In this document: positions 18,847 to 27,880 of the stretch, piece by piece | Layout of the letters: each line of letters starts with the position of its first letter | Numbering within the stretch: the first letter of the stretch is position 1 | Assembly: GCA_963769725.1 (NCBI GenBank) | Contig: CAVYMU010000012.1 | Location: 203,993 to 267,992, forward strand | DNA: 64,000 nt | Direction: 5' to 3' | Source: an uncultured Acidimicrobiaceae bacterium | GTDB lineage: Bacteria; Actinomycetota; Acidimicrobiia; Acidimicrobiales; Palsa-688 | Notes under the pieces: model-generated | What the model was told of the DNA's origin: nothing | Seen by the model: only the letters and a program-made list of their open reading frames with translations | The model's database searches: none | Position numbers and translations under genes: made by a program

Positions 18847-19005
18847 TTCCGGACGACCGCACCTTCCCTGGCTCTGGCTCGCACCCCACTCTACCGACCA
18901 ACCGGGGAATGCAAATGAGATGTTGAAATAGGCCGGGCTCGCGGTCGACACGGCAACTAGCATGAGTGACACGGCGGGTGGCCGCCTCTGACCAGACGAG
19001 ACGAG

Positions 19006-19992
19006 ATGGGGAGTGACACCATGATCAAGGCGGTGGACCTGGCCGTGAGCGACGAAGAGGTCGAGCTGTCGTTCCGCCGGCCTCCACTGTCCGAGCGCTC
19101 GGCGCGGCCCGTGCTGATCGGCATGGGCGATCCGGTGGCCGGTCCCCTCGTGGGCCTGTTTTACGATGCGCCCTCGACCCCCGAACAGCTGGCGGGGCCG
19201 CCGGACCTCGCCCCGGCGCACAGCCATCCCTGCGACAACTTCCGGATCGTGATGAAGGGCGAGCTGTGGGTTGGGCAGGAGCGCTATCACCACGGGGAGT
19301 TCCGGCTCCAGCGGTCCGGCCGTCCCTACGGGCGCGACGGGGATGCCCCTCACGAAGAGGGCAATTGGAGGATCATCTTCTTCGCCGACCGGCGGGGCCA
19401 TCGGGTCCGCCCCACCAATCCCGAGTTGCGGGCGCAGTACGCGGATCCCGACACCATCGCCAAGACCAAGGAGCACTTCGGCGACGTCCTGCCGGTGGTA
19501 CTGGCCGACGAGGACGACGGCGTGAACGGGCTGGTGACCTCGATCGACAAGCCGTTCAGCAAGGTCGGGCACATCGACGCCTCCTTCCGCGAGACGGGCG
19601 GGTGGGCACTCATCGGTGACGGTGGCCGGGTGGCCGTCAGCCTCCTGGGCGTCCATGACGTGGGGCCGGTCGTCATACTCCAGCGCACCCCGCCCGGACA
19701 GCTGGCCACCCCCGCGGCGACGTTCAGCTCGGACGTGTTCCGCGCCGTGATCCGGGGTTCCTACCAGCAGGGTGGCCAGACGGTGCAGATGGGCGACTGC
19801 GCCCTGCGCGCCGGCGGGCGGTCCTGGGACGCGGTGGTAGCAGGGAGCGAAGGCCTCGACGAGGTGATCATCGTCGGCGACCGTCGGGGCGCGGTGCCGG
19901 CGACGAGCGGGCCGGGTGCGGGCTGGTCGGACACGGTCAGCGAGCTGGTGGTCCGACTTCAGGCCGACCTGGGTGCGCTGGCCGTAGCCTGA
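19006..19992 (+). CDS. hypothetical protein, possibly cupin-like
   Basis: 328 aa with protein-like composition. HSHPCDNFRIVMKGELWVG resembles a cupin motif. The opposite-strand part of ORF 18256..20109 is Arg/Pro-rich shadow. Confidence 0.55.
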   Translation: MGSDTMIKAVDLAVSDEEVELSFRRPPLSERSARPVLIGMGDPVAGPLVGLFYDAPSTPEQLAGPPDLAPAHSHPCDNFRIVMKGELWVGQERYHHGEFRLQRSGRPYGRDGDAPHEEGNWRIIFFADRRGHRVRPTNPELRAQYADPDTIAKTKEHFGDVLPVVLADEDDGVNGLVTSIDKPFSKVGHIDASFRETGGWALIGDGGRVAVSLLGVHDVGPVVILQRTPPGQLATPAATFSSDVFRAVIRGSYQQGGQTVQMGDCALRAGGRSWDAVVAGSEGLDEVIIVGDRRGAVPATSGPGAGWSDTVSELVVRLQADLGALAVA

Positions 19993-20066
19993 GGGGGCGA
20001 CGGCTGGCCGGCGGCGGCGCCGGCGACTCGAGGCGGGCTGGCCGGCGACCGCACCGGTCATCTTTT

Positions 20067-20111
20067 CTGTCCGAGGGACAGCCCACTTGAAGGGCGCCAC
20101 CGGACACAAAG
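20067..20111 (-). repeat. copy 2 of the 31-nt motif plus a 6-bp hairpin
   Basis: Minus strand reads CTTTGTGTCCGGTGGCGCCCTTCAAGTGGGC followed by CTGTCC-ctc-GGACAG. Confidence 0.8.
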
Positions 20112-20217
20112 TGACGGTGGGACGCCGCCGGCGTCGGGACCGAGCCCCGGGACGGCCGGCAACCAGGCCCGCCTGGGGGTCTCAGGCGGCCGGACCGTCG
20201 GGGGCGGGTGGGACTCG

Positions 20218-20250
20218 ACTTCTGTACCAAGGGCGCCACTTATGGAGGGA
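20218..20250 (+). repeat. degenerate copy 3 of the motif, inverted relative to copy 2
   Basis: ACTTCTGTACCAAGGGCGCCACTTATGGAGGG shares the blocks ACTT, TGT, CC, GGCGCC, CTT and G..GGG, in the same order. Confidence 0.5.
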
Positions 20251-20285
20251 GATGTACATCAGGTGTACATCTCCCTCCATAGGTG
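20237..20285. terminator. very strong hairpin (18-bp perfect arms, extendable to 22 bp) between convergent genes
   Basis: TATGGAGGGAGATGTACA-tcagg-TGTACATCTCCCTCCATA. The flanking CACT/GGTG adds 4 pairs, including one G.T. Confidence 0.6.
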
Positions 20286-20342
20286 CTCCGGACGCGCCAA
20301 AAGTCGGAGGCTCCCTCGGACCCGCCAGTTGGCGACGATCCG

Positions 20343-20921
20343 TCAGGGCCGGGGAAAGCGGGGCGTCCCGTCTTCAATCGGAACCCCGAGCGAGTTCAAC
20401 ACCAACGACACCAGATGGTAGTAACCAACCACCATCGCCACCTCGATGAGCTCCTGCTCGTCGTAGCGTTCGGAGAGCGCCGCCCAGGTCGAGTCACCGA
20501 TGGCGTGGGAGGTGTGCAACTCGTCGGCGGCCCGGCACAGCGTCGCCTCGAAGTCATCCCAACCCGGCGCATCCGGACCGAGCCGCAGGCGCTCCATGTC
20601 GTCGGTGGTCATCCCGATCTGCGTTGCCACCCGGTAGTGCTGAGCCAGTTCGTACTCCGAGACGCAATTGCAGCCGGTTCGCAGGATCAGGATCTCGCGA
20701 TGCCGACCGGGTATGCGCCCGGCCCGGAGCGTCCGCCCGAGGTTGACCATGGCCGCGGCCAGCTCGGGATGGCGAACCAGGGTGGCGTAAATGTTGACCG
20801 TCGGGCCCACCACGAGGTCCTCGACGATCTCTTGCTGACGAGGCGAGCGACCCTCCTCCTCCAGCACCGAGATGCGGGTCGGGCGGGTCGGACTGCTCTC
20901 ATGTCCATCGGCTGTCGTCAC
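20343..20921 (-). CDS. carboxymuconolactone decarboxylase (CMD/AhpD-like) family protein
   Basis: REILILRTGCNCVSEYELAQH. Start placed at GTG 20921 (AAGGGGCGG upstream), which avoids overlap with the upstream SDR. Confidence 0.7.
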   Translation of the reverse strand: MTTADGHESSPTRPTRISVLEEEGRSPRQQEIVEDLVVGPTVNIYATLVRHPELAAAMVNLGRTLRAGRIPGRHREILILRTGCNCVSEYELAQHYRVATQIGMTTDDMERLRLGPDAPGWDDFEATLCRAADELHTSHAIGDSTWAALSERYDEQELIEVAMVVGYYHLVSLVLNSLGVPIEDGTPRFPRP

Positions 20922-20970
20922 GACCCGGCCGCCCCTTGCCGATTCGAGGGGACGCCTCGTCGTGGTGACC

Positions 20971-21693
20971 TCACGGTGACGCCGCCCCGATGCCGGCCGA
21001 CACGATCTGACCATGGACCGACTTCCCCATGCTCGACACCAGGAACAGGGCGGTCTCCGCCACGTCGGCCGGATCGGCCAGGTGCTCCTCCATCGGCCCG
21101 AGGAGGTCAGGGGGAAGCTGCCGCATCATGTCGGTGAGGGCCGAGGGGGAGAGCGCGTTGACCCGGATGTTGAATCGGGACAGCTCCTTGGCCCAGGTCA
21201 TGGTCAGACCGGCCAACCCTCCTTTGGACGCGGCATAGGACGAGAACCCGATCGTCCCCTCCGTACCGGCCCCGGAGATCACGTTCAGAATCACGCCACT
21301 GCCCCGCTGTTTCATCACGGGCACGACCGCCCGGGTGAGGAACATCGGCCCGGTGAGATTCACCCGGATGACCTCGTTCCATTCCTCGTCGGTGACCCTG
21401 GTCACCGCGCTGCGACGGGAGATGGCGGCGTTGTTGACCAGGATGTCGATTCCGCCCAGCTCATCGGTGGCGCGTTGCACCAGGGCGTCGATAGCCGTTT
21501 GATCGGCCATGTCCCCGCCGACGCCGATGGATCCGGCGATCGCCGCCGCCGCGGCCTCGGCGTCCTCGGTCCGGCGCCCATTGACGACGACTCGGGCGCC
21601 ATGATGGGCGAAGGTCTCGGCCATGGCTCGCCCGATACCCCGGGTGGAGCCGGTGACGACCGCCACCTTCCCCTCCAGCAACGGGCCCGTCAT
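20971..21693 (-). CDS. SDR family oxidoreductase (FabG-like)
   Basis: 240 aa. VAVVTGSTRGIG, NNAA and YAASKGG motifs. Confidence 0.9.
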   Translation of the reverse strand: MTGPLLEGKVAVVTGSTRGIGRAMAETFAHHGARVVVNGRRTEDAEAAAAAIAGSIGVGGDMADQTAIDALVQRATDELGGIDILVNNAAISRRSAVTRVTDEEWNEVIRVNLTGPMFLTRAVVPVMKQRGSGVILNVISGAGTEGTIGFSSYAASKGGLAGLTMTWAKELSRFNIRVNALSPSALTDMMRQLPPDLLGPMEEHLADPADVAETALFLVSSMGKSVHGQIVSAGIGAASP

Positions 21694-22148
21694 GGTCCCG
21701 CCGTCTCGGCGCGCATGATCTCGAAGACGATGCCGCCAACTTCGGCAAAGAAGAAACGCATGCCGCCCTCACCCCAGGGCGTCACCGCCGGCTCGGTGCA
21801 GGGGATGCCAGCCGCCACACACCGCTCGTGAGCCCGTTCGACATGGCGGGTCCCGACCGCTACCGCCCAGATGTGGGCCTTGTCACCCGGCAGGATCTGG
21901 AACTGGCGGCTCTCGGTCGAGCCGGTGATGCGGCCGCTGAATCCGCGGGCGCCCCGGAAGGCGTGGACCGAGTCCAGCGTGAACTCCCCGGCCGCGCCCC
22001 GCGCCGGGGACGGGATCGACTCCCCGCCCGCCGGTGCCGAACTGTCGCCGAACTGCCAACCTTCCGGTATGTCGAGCACCTCTCGCAGAAAGCGATCGAT
22101 GGCGTCGGGATCCGTGGTGACGATTTTGACGTGATTGATTCGATCCAA
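21690..22148 (-). CDS. VOC/glyoxalase family protein
   Basis: LDRINHVKIVTTDPDAIDRFL. TTG start at 22148 after GAAGGGGA. ATGA overlap with the downstream SDR. Confidence 0.65.
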   Translation of the reverse strand: MDRINHVKIVTTDPDAIDRFLREVLDIPEGWQFGDSSAPAGGESIPSPARGAAGEFTLDSVHAFRGARGFSGRITGSTESRQFQILPGDKAHIWAVAVGTRHVERAHERCVAAGIPCTEPAVTPWGEGGMRFFFAEVGGIVFEIMRAETAGP

Positions 22149-22261
22149 CGACTTCCCCTTCTCCCGCTTCGACGATGCGGACCGGCTGCGGCAGTGTAAC
22201 CCCACCCGATCAACCGAACCCCGACCACGCCGCCCAGCACCGTTTGACGCCCAGACACCCA

Positions 22262-22306
22262 GACGCCGAGGACGCCGAGGTCGCCGAGGTCGCCGAAGTC
22301 GCCGAG
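22262..22306. repeat. 9-nt tandem repeat x5 (GWCGCCGAG), intergenic
   Basis: GACGCCGAG GACGCCGAG GTCGCCGAG GTCGCCGAA GTCGCCGAG. Confidence 0.85.
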
Positions 22307-22325
22307 GCGCCGATCCCCACCGGCC

Positions 22326-23294
22326 CTACTTGAAGTGGGGCATCACATCCGACGCCAGGAGCTGCAACATGGCCTCTCCGCCGCGGTCATAGGGAAAGAA
22401 CACAAAATAGGTAAAGCCGGCTTCGACGTACCCACCGATACGGTCGACAATCGCCTGGGGCGTACCGATGAAGCCACCGTCGTCCAGGCCCCAGCCGGTT
22501 CCCCCGTAGCGGCGTTCGGCCACGCTTCGAGCGGCGTCGACCCCGGCTTGGTCCTCGGCGAGCACCAGCACGGCTTCCAACGACCTGCGCACCGAGGTGG
22601 GATCGCGGCCCTCCTGCTCGCAGGCGGCATCGAGGGCGATCGAAGCCTGCAGGCATTGACCCAGCCCGTAGGTCGGGACATTCCAGACGTCCGCGTACCG
22701 GGCCACCAGCGGCAGGGTGTAGCGCACCCCGATGCCGCCAACGTGTATCGGCGGCCGCGGCGTCTGCACCGGGCCCGGCACGTTGGGCAGGTCGTGGACC
22801 TGGTAATAACGCCCGGCAAAGGTCGTCTGCTCGGCGGCAAACATCCGGGTGACGATTTCCAGGCCCTCGGCCAATCGCGCCGACCGTTCTGCGAGAGTGC
22901 CCCAGGCGAAGCCGCCCTCGTGATGCTCGGCCTCGTAAGAGCCGCTCCCGATACCGAGTTCGAGCCGGCCGCCGGAGAGGATGTCCAGCGTCGTCGCCAT
23001 CCGGCCCAGCAGGGCCGGGTGGCGCAGGTTGTTGTTGACGACCAGGTGACCGAGGCGCAGCGTGGACGTCTGCATCAGCAGGGCGGTAGCCAGCGTCCAT
23101 CCTTCCAGGGCGCCGAATTGCGGCAGCCCCGGTGTGTACAAATGGTCGTAGAGCCAGAACGAGGTAACGCCCAGCTGTTCGCAGAGACGGGCCCGCGACC
23201 GTATCTCTTCAAATTCGAACGAGATTTGAGGAATGTAAATGCCGAAGTCAACTTGCTCAGCCACCACGTCCACGGCTCCTCCCCGCGTTGCCAA
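22326..23294 (-). CDS. LLM-class F420-dependent oxidoreductase
   Basis: 322 aa luciferase-like (GVTSFWLYDHL...GRLELGIGSG). The exact start is uncertain. Confidence 0.8.
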   Translation of the reverse strand: MATRGGAVDVVAEQVDFGIYIPQISFEFEEIRSRARLCEQLGVTSFWLYDHLYTPGLPQFGALEGWTLATALLMQTSTLRLGHLVVNNNLRHPALLGRMATTLDILSGGRLELGIGSGSYEAEHHEGGFAWGTLAERSARLAEGLEIVTRMFAAEQTTFAGRYYQVHDLPNVPGPVQTPRPPIHVGGIGVRYTLPLVARYADVWNVPTYGLGQCLQASIALDAACEQEGRDPTSVRRSLEAVLVLAEDQAGVDAARSVAERRYGGTGWGLDDGGFIGTPQAIVDRIGGYVEAGFTYFVFFPYDRGGEAMLQLLASDVMPHFK

Positions 23295-23418
23295 CCGCCA
23301 GTCCCCCGAGATCTCACCCGAGTGTAACTGGCCGACCCGCCAGCGCAGGCGGCCCCGGGGGTCGGGGCCGCACGACTCGGGCCCGGTCCGGACGGCCTCG
23401 GTGGCGGGGCCAGAGCGG

Positions 23419-23754
23419 CTAGGGCCGCGACACCTCCACTACGTCATCGACGACGCGTGTCGGGTAGATGTCGATCGGTCCGGACCACCCGTCCTGAGAG
23501 GCCAGGACACACTGGCCGGTGGTGATATCGAAGATGCTGCCGTGCTCGGGGCAGCGGATCAGCCGGCCGCGGAAGAGCGGCAGGCCGCCGAGAATGGTGC
23601 CCTGATGCGGGCATTGATGGGCAAAGGCGCAGAAGGTGCCGTCGACGTTGCCGATCGCGATCGGCCATCCGTCCACCTCGACCGTCGCCGTTTCACCGGG
23701 CCCGATCCAATCTGAAGGCATGGCTGGGTGGAACTCGCTCACCGGGCCGACCAT
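23419..23754 (-). CDS. Rieske (2Fe-2S) domain protein
   Basis: 111 aa. CPHQG and CPEHG ligand boxes at the expected spacing. Confidence 0.85.
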   Translation of the reverse strand: MVGPVSEFHPAMPSDWIGPGETATVEVDGWPIAIGNVDGTFCAFAHQCPHQGTILGGLPLFRGRLIRCPEHGSIFDITTGQCVLASQDGWSGPIDIYPTRVVDDVVEVSRP

Positions 23755-23807
23755 AGGCGCTGCACTCCCCTTTTGCCCGCACCTCCACCATCCGACAAGA
23801 TGCCAGC

Positions 23808-26312
23808 ATGCAGCGGGTGCTGGGGGGGGTGGGCGTCGTCGAACTGGCCGAAGGCGTCGCCGGGAGCTACTGCGGCAAGTTGTTCGCCGATCTTGGCGCC
23901 GATGTCGTCAAGGTCGAGGGCCCGGGCGGAGATCCCATCCGCGGCTCGCCGGAGGGGTCGCGCGCTTCCGTCGGAGGCGGCTTCCTCCACCTGAACACCA
24001 ACAAGCGCAGCGTCGTCATCGATCCGGATGCGCCGGGCGCAACCGACCGGTTGTGGCGACTCCTCGAGTCTGCTGACCTCGTCGTCGAGGTTTCCGGGGC
24101 CGGTGACCTGGCCCGCTACGGCCTCGGCTGGGCCGGCGTACACGCCCGGCTGCCGGCGCTGGTGCTGGTCAGCATCAGCGGGTTTGGCGCCACCGGCCCC
24201 TACGCCGGTTACAAGTGGAGCGACCTGACGGTGCAAGCCATGAGCGGCGCTCTGCTCCTGCAGCACAGCAACCAGCAGGATCCGGTGAAGCTGCCAGCCC
24301 GGGTGGCGCTGTACTTCGTCGGCAGCATGGCCGCCGTCGGAGGTTTGGGTGCCCTGCTGTGGGCCCGATCGAGCGGCGACGGCCGCTTCGTCGACTGCGC
24401 CGCGGTCGAGGCCCTGGCTTCGGTCCCGGCCCGGGCGACGATCCTCCTCGCCTATCAATATCGCGGCGGGGCGGATGGGCCCGGATTCATGAGCTCGTCC
24501 GGCGAGACCCTTATCCCCACGGGTGTCTTTCCTTGTGCCGATGGGTACATGGCGATGATGTCGACACCCCAGCAGCTGGGGGAGATGCTGCAGGTCCTCG
24601 ACAGCGACGAGCTACGGGCCGCCTTCGCCCGACCGGACGCCTTCCAGCGCGGCGACACCAAGGAAGCGATCGACGCCGCCTTGTACCCCTGGCTGCTGTC
24701 GCATACCCGCGCCGAAGCCACCGCCGAGGCCCAGGCCGTGGGCTGGCCGCTGGCCGGCGTCAACCTGCCCAACGAGGTCCTGGGTGCCGACCACCTGCAC
24801 CAACGGAACTTCTGGGTCCACATGGACCACCCGGTGGCGGGATCGGTCGATCTCCCCGGTCCCGGCGCCCGCTTCGCCGAGGGGGGATGGGCCCTGCGAA
24901 GGGTCGCGCCGGCTCTGGGCCAGCACCAGGCCGGGCGCTTCGAGGCCGCGACCACCTCGAGCCCTCCCGCCGCGGCCGAGGGTGGTGTCCGGGCAGGCGA
25001 CGTACTGTCCCGGCCACGGGGGTTCCCGCTCGAGGGGATCCGGGTCCTGGACATGACCACGGTGTGGGCGGGCCCCTACGCCACCATGCTGCTCGCCGAT
25101 CTGGGCGCCGAGGTCATCCGGGTCGAGAATCCGTTTGTGCTGCCGCCCACCACCAAGGGTTACCAGGCCCGCCCGGCGTTCACCGACAACCTCGGGTATC
25201 TCGGTTCGGGGTACGGCCCGGCGGCCCCCGATCGACCGGACCGGCCGTGGAACCGCCACTCGCTCAACAACTCCATCTGTCGCAACAAGCTCTCCTGCAC
25301 CATCGACACCCGGCGTCCGGAGGGCAAGCAGCTGTTGATGCGACTCGTCGAGCAGTGCGACGTGTTCGTGGAGAACTTCAAAGCCAGCGGTCTCAGCCGG
25401 ATGGGCATCTCGATAAGCGAGATGCAAGCGCGTCACCCTGGTCTGGTCGTGGTCCGCATGCCGCCGGCGGGGACCACCGGCGACTGGTCGTCCTACGCCG
25501 GCTTCGGAGCGCAGTTCGACGGCCTGACCGGCTTCCTGTCGCTGTGCGGCCACCGCGGCTCCGACCTCACGACCAGCCCGGCAACCACCTACATGGACGC
25601 GGCCAGCGGTCCGGCCGGTGCCTTTGCGGCCCTGGCCGGGCTTCGCTACCGCGCCGCGACGGGACGGGGCCAGCTGATCGAGATGACCCAGAGCGAGAAC
25701 GTCATCAACCATCTTGGTGACGTCTACGTCGACTATCAGCTCGGGGTCCCCCCGCCCCGGTTCGGCAACCGCGACCCCGAGCGGGCGCCGCAGGGCCTGT
25801 ACCGCTGCGGCGACGACAACTGGCTCGCGGTCTCGGTGGGTGACGACCGGGAATGGACCAGGCTGGCCGGCTTGATTAGCGGTCCAGAGCAGCTCGACGA
25901 CCCTCGCTATCGCCATGCCGCCGGGCGCCAGGCCAACCACGACGACCTCGACGCCCTCCTTTCCTCGTGGGTGCAGGCTCGCGACGCCCTCGACGCCTTC
26001 CACGAGCTCCAGCGCCAGGGCGTGCCAGCGGCTCCACTGCTCGACGACCGCATGTTCTGCGAGGATCCTCACCTCAAGGCCAGGGGCTGGCTGCAGCCCC
26101 TGACCACGACCGACGTTGGCACCCATCTCCACCCCGGACTCCCGTACCGGGGAGTGCCCCTGGTGTGGCGTCGCGGCTCACCGGGACTCGGAGAGGACAA
26201 CGACTACGTGTTCACCCAGATCCTGGGCGTGAGCGACGAGGAGCTCGCCGGCTACCGGAAGGCACGGATCGTGGCCGAGGACTACCTGAGTCCGGAGGGC
26301 GTGCCGCTCTAG
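23808..26312 (+). CDS. tandem-fused class III (CaiB/BaiF) CoA-transferase
   Basis: 834 aa with two full family-III modules. Module N-termini are VVELAEGVAGSYCGKLFADLGADVVKVE and IRVLDMTTVWAGPYATMLLADLGAEVIRVE. Confidence 0.85.
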   Translation: MQRVLGGVGVVELAEGVAGSYCGKLFADLGADVVKVEGPGGDPIRGSPEGSRASVGGGFLHLNTNKRSVVIDPDAPGATDRLWRLLESADLVVEVSGAGDLARYGLGWAGVHARLPALVLVSISGFGATGPYAGYKWSDLTVQAMSGALLLQHSNQQDPVKLPARVALYFVGSMAAVGGLGALLWARSSGDGRFVDCAAVEALASVPARATILLAYQYRGGADGPGFMSSSGETLIPTGVFPCADGYMAMMSTPQQLGEMLQVLDSDELRAAFARPDAFQRGDTKEAIDAALYPWLLSHTRAEATAEAQAVGWPLAGVNLPNEVLGADHLHQRNFWVHMDHPVAGSVDLPGPGARFAEGGWALRRVAPALGQHQAGRFEAATTSSPPAAAEGGVRAGDVLSRPRGFPLEGIRVLDMTTVWAGPYATMLLADLGAEVIRVENPFVLPPTTKGYQARPAFTDNLGYLGSGYGPAAPDRPDRPWNRHSLNNSICRNKLSCTIDTRRPEGKQLLMRLVEQCDVFVENFKASGLSRMGISISEMQARHPGLVVVRMPPAGTTGDWSSYAGFGAQFDGLTGFLSLCGHRGSDLTTSPATTYMDAASGPAGAFAALAGLRYRAATGRGQLIEMTQSENVINHLGDVYVDYQLGVPPPRFGNRDPERAPQGLYRCGDDNWLAVSVGDDREWTRLAGLISGPEQLDDPRYRHAAGRQANHDDLDALLSSWVQARDALDAFHELQRQGVPAAPLLDDRMFCEDPHLKARGWLQPLTTTDVGTHLHPGLPYRGVPLVWRRGSPGLGEDNDYVFTQILGVSDEELAGYRKARIVAEDYLSPEGVPL

Positions 26313-26343
26313 ATCGGATCTGGCCCGGCGGGGCCGCCGACCG

Positions 26344-27099
26344 CTACTGCCCGATGGGCAGGGCTCCGTCCACCCGCACGATAGCTCCGTTGGTGAAGCT
26401 CGAGGACGGGCTGGCGAGAAACAGGGCGGCCGTGATGATCTCCTCGGGCCGGCCCGGACGACCGAGGGCATTGTTGGCCGTCTCGCGAGCCTCGGGAGCC
26501 CAGGCTTTGGAAATGTCGGTGAGGAACGGCCCGGGCGACAAGGTGTTGACCCTCACCTTGGGCCCGTATTCGGCGGCCAGTGAGCGGGTCATGGCGTTCA
26601 GAGCCGCCTTGGCACTGCCGTAGGGGATGACGTTCGGCAGCGGCATCAGGGCCCCGCCCGATGACACGTTGATGATCACCCCGCCGTTGCCCTCATACAT
26701 GCGCTTGGCTACCTGGGTGGCCAGACGAAAAGGACCCTTGAAGTTGAGGCCGACCACGCTGTCGAAGAGCTCCTCGGTAACATCGTGACTCGGCATGGGG
26801 GGGCTCATGCCGGCGTTGTTGACCAGGATGTCGATTCGTTGGAACTCGCCGTAGGCCGCCTCCACCAATCGATCGAGAGAATCCCACTTGGCGGCGTGGA
26901 CACTGACGGCGAGGGCCCGCCGGCCCAGCGCCCTGACTTCCGCGGCCACGGCCTCACAGTTGTCCAGCTTCCGACTGGCGACAACTATATCGGCGCCGCG
27001 CTCGGCAAACGCTCGGACCATCTGATACCCGAGCCCCCGGCTACCGCCGGTGACCAGGGCGACTTGGCCCGTCAAGTCGAAGTATGGATCAGGCGTCAT
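26344..27099 (-). CDS. SDR family oxidoreductase
   Basis: 251 aa. VALVTGGSRGLG, NNAG and YGSAKAA motifs. Confidence 0.9.
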   Translation of the reverse strand: MTPDPYFDLTGQVALVTGGSRGLGYQMVRAFAERGADIVVASRKLDNCEAVAAEVRALGRRALAVSVHAAKWDSLDRLVEAAYGEFQRIDILVNNAGMSPPMPSHDVTEELFDSVVGLNFKGPFRLATQVAKRMYEGNGGVIINVSSGGALMPLPNVIPYGSAKAALNAMTRSLAAEYGPKVRVNTLSPGPFLTDISKAWAPEARETANNALGRPGRPEEIITAALFLASPSSSFTNGAIVRVDGALPIGQ

Positions 27100-27102
27100 A
27101 GC

Positions 27103-27768
27103 TCATCCTCCGGTCGGTGAGGTGTCGACGGCCGCGGTACAGAACCGGACCAGGTGGGCAACGTCCGCCTTGGTGGGTGCGGCGAACCTCCAGAGAAAGT
27201 CGCGCATCAGCCCCATTGTGGCCTGCGTGACCACGGCGGCGTCGCGTACGGGATCGGCGCTGCCAAGCTCCGTAAGGGGCTGCACGAGGAGGTGCGCCAG
27301 TGGCCGCTGGCTGGTAACGACCTCGGGGCGAGCGTCGTCTCCGACCCGGCCCCCATTCCACAGCACCGCTCGAGTCGAGTGCGCCACGTCAGGATTGGAG
27401 GCCTGGGACATGATCCCCTCGATCCAGCGGCGCAGCTGGGCGCCAGGATGGCGTTCTTTTTCCATCTGGTGGCTGAGATAACTACTGAGTCGCTCGGCGC
27501 CCGCTTCCACGATCGCGGCCACCAGATCTTCCTTCGAAGCGAAGTGGCGGTAGAAGGCGTCGCGGGAGAGGCCGGCCCGGGCCACGATGTCCGACACCGG
27601 CGGGCTCTTGGTGGTCCCGCACTGGCGCATGACCTCCAGGCCGGCGTCGAGCAGGCGGCGAACCTCGTTGGCATACGCGGCCTGGCGCCGGGCCAAGGTC
27701 CGCTGGGTGGTTCGGACGATGATTGCCTCATCCGTGGCCTCCCTGCCCGTCGGGCCGGAACCAGTCAT
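27103..27768 (-). CDS. TetR family transcriptional regulator
   Basis: Start at MTGSGPTG (ATG 27768). HTH region SDIVARAGLSRDAFYRHFASKEDL. Confidence 0.85.
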   Translation of the reverse strand: MTGSGPTGREATDEAIIVRTTQRTLARRQAAYANEVRRLLDAGLEVMRQCGTTKSPPVSDIVARAGLSRDAFYRHFASKEDLVAAIVEAGAERLSSYLSHQMEKERHPGAQLRRWIEGIMSQASNPDVAHSTRAVLWNGGRVGDDARPEVVTSQRPLAHLLVQPLTELGSADPVRDAAVVTQATMGLMRDFLWRFAAPTKADVAHLVRFCTAAVDTSPTGG

Positions 27769-27880
27769 GTGCGTCCACTTGTGTTCTGGTTCATCCAACT
27801 GGCATTCTGGCACATTGCAGGGGGCGGCACGGCTGAGCCCTGGGCCGCACGACAGGCCGGGAGAGAGGAAGGAACCACCG

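Noticed and set aside
18847-20109. N-terminal 420 aa of the 617-aa minus-strand ORF
   Set aside because: Only the last ~196 aa carry metallophosphoesterase motifs. The upstream part is Arg/Pro-rich and antisense to the better cupin-like ORF on the plus strand.
24612-26132. 506-aa minus-strand ORF
   Set aside because: Shadow of the 834-aa CoA-transferase gene.
27769-27880. TetR operator, and similarity of CACTTGTGTTCTGG to the 5' half of the 31-nt motif
   Set aside because: I could not find a convincing palindrome, only a TTCTGG direct repeat. The 13-nt resemblance needs an indel and could be chance.
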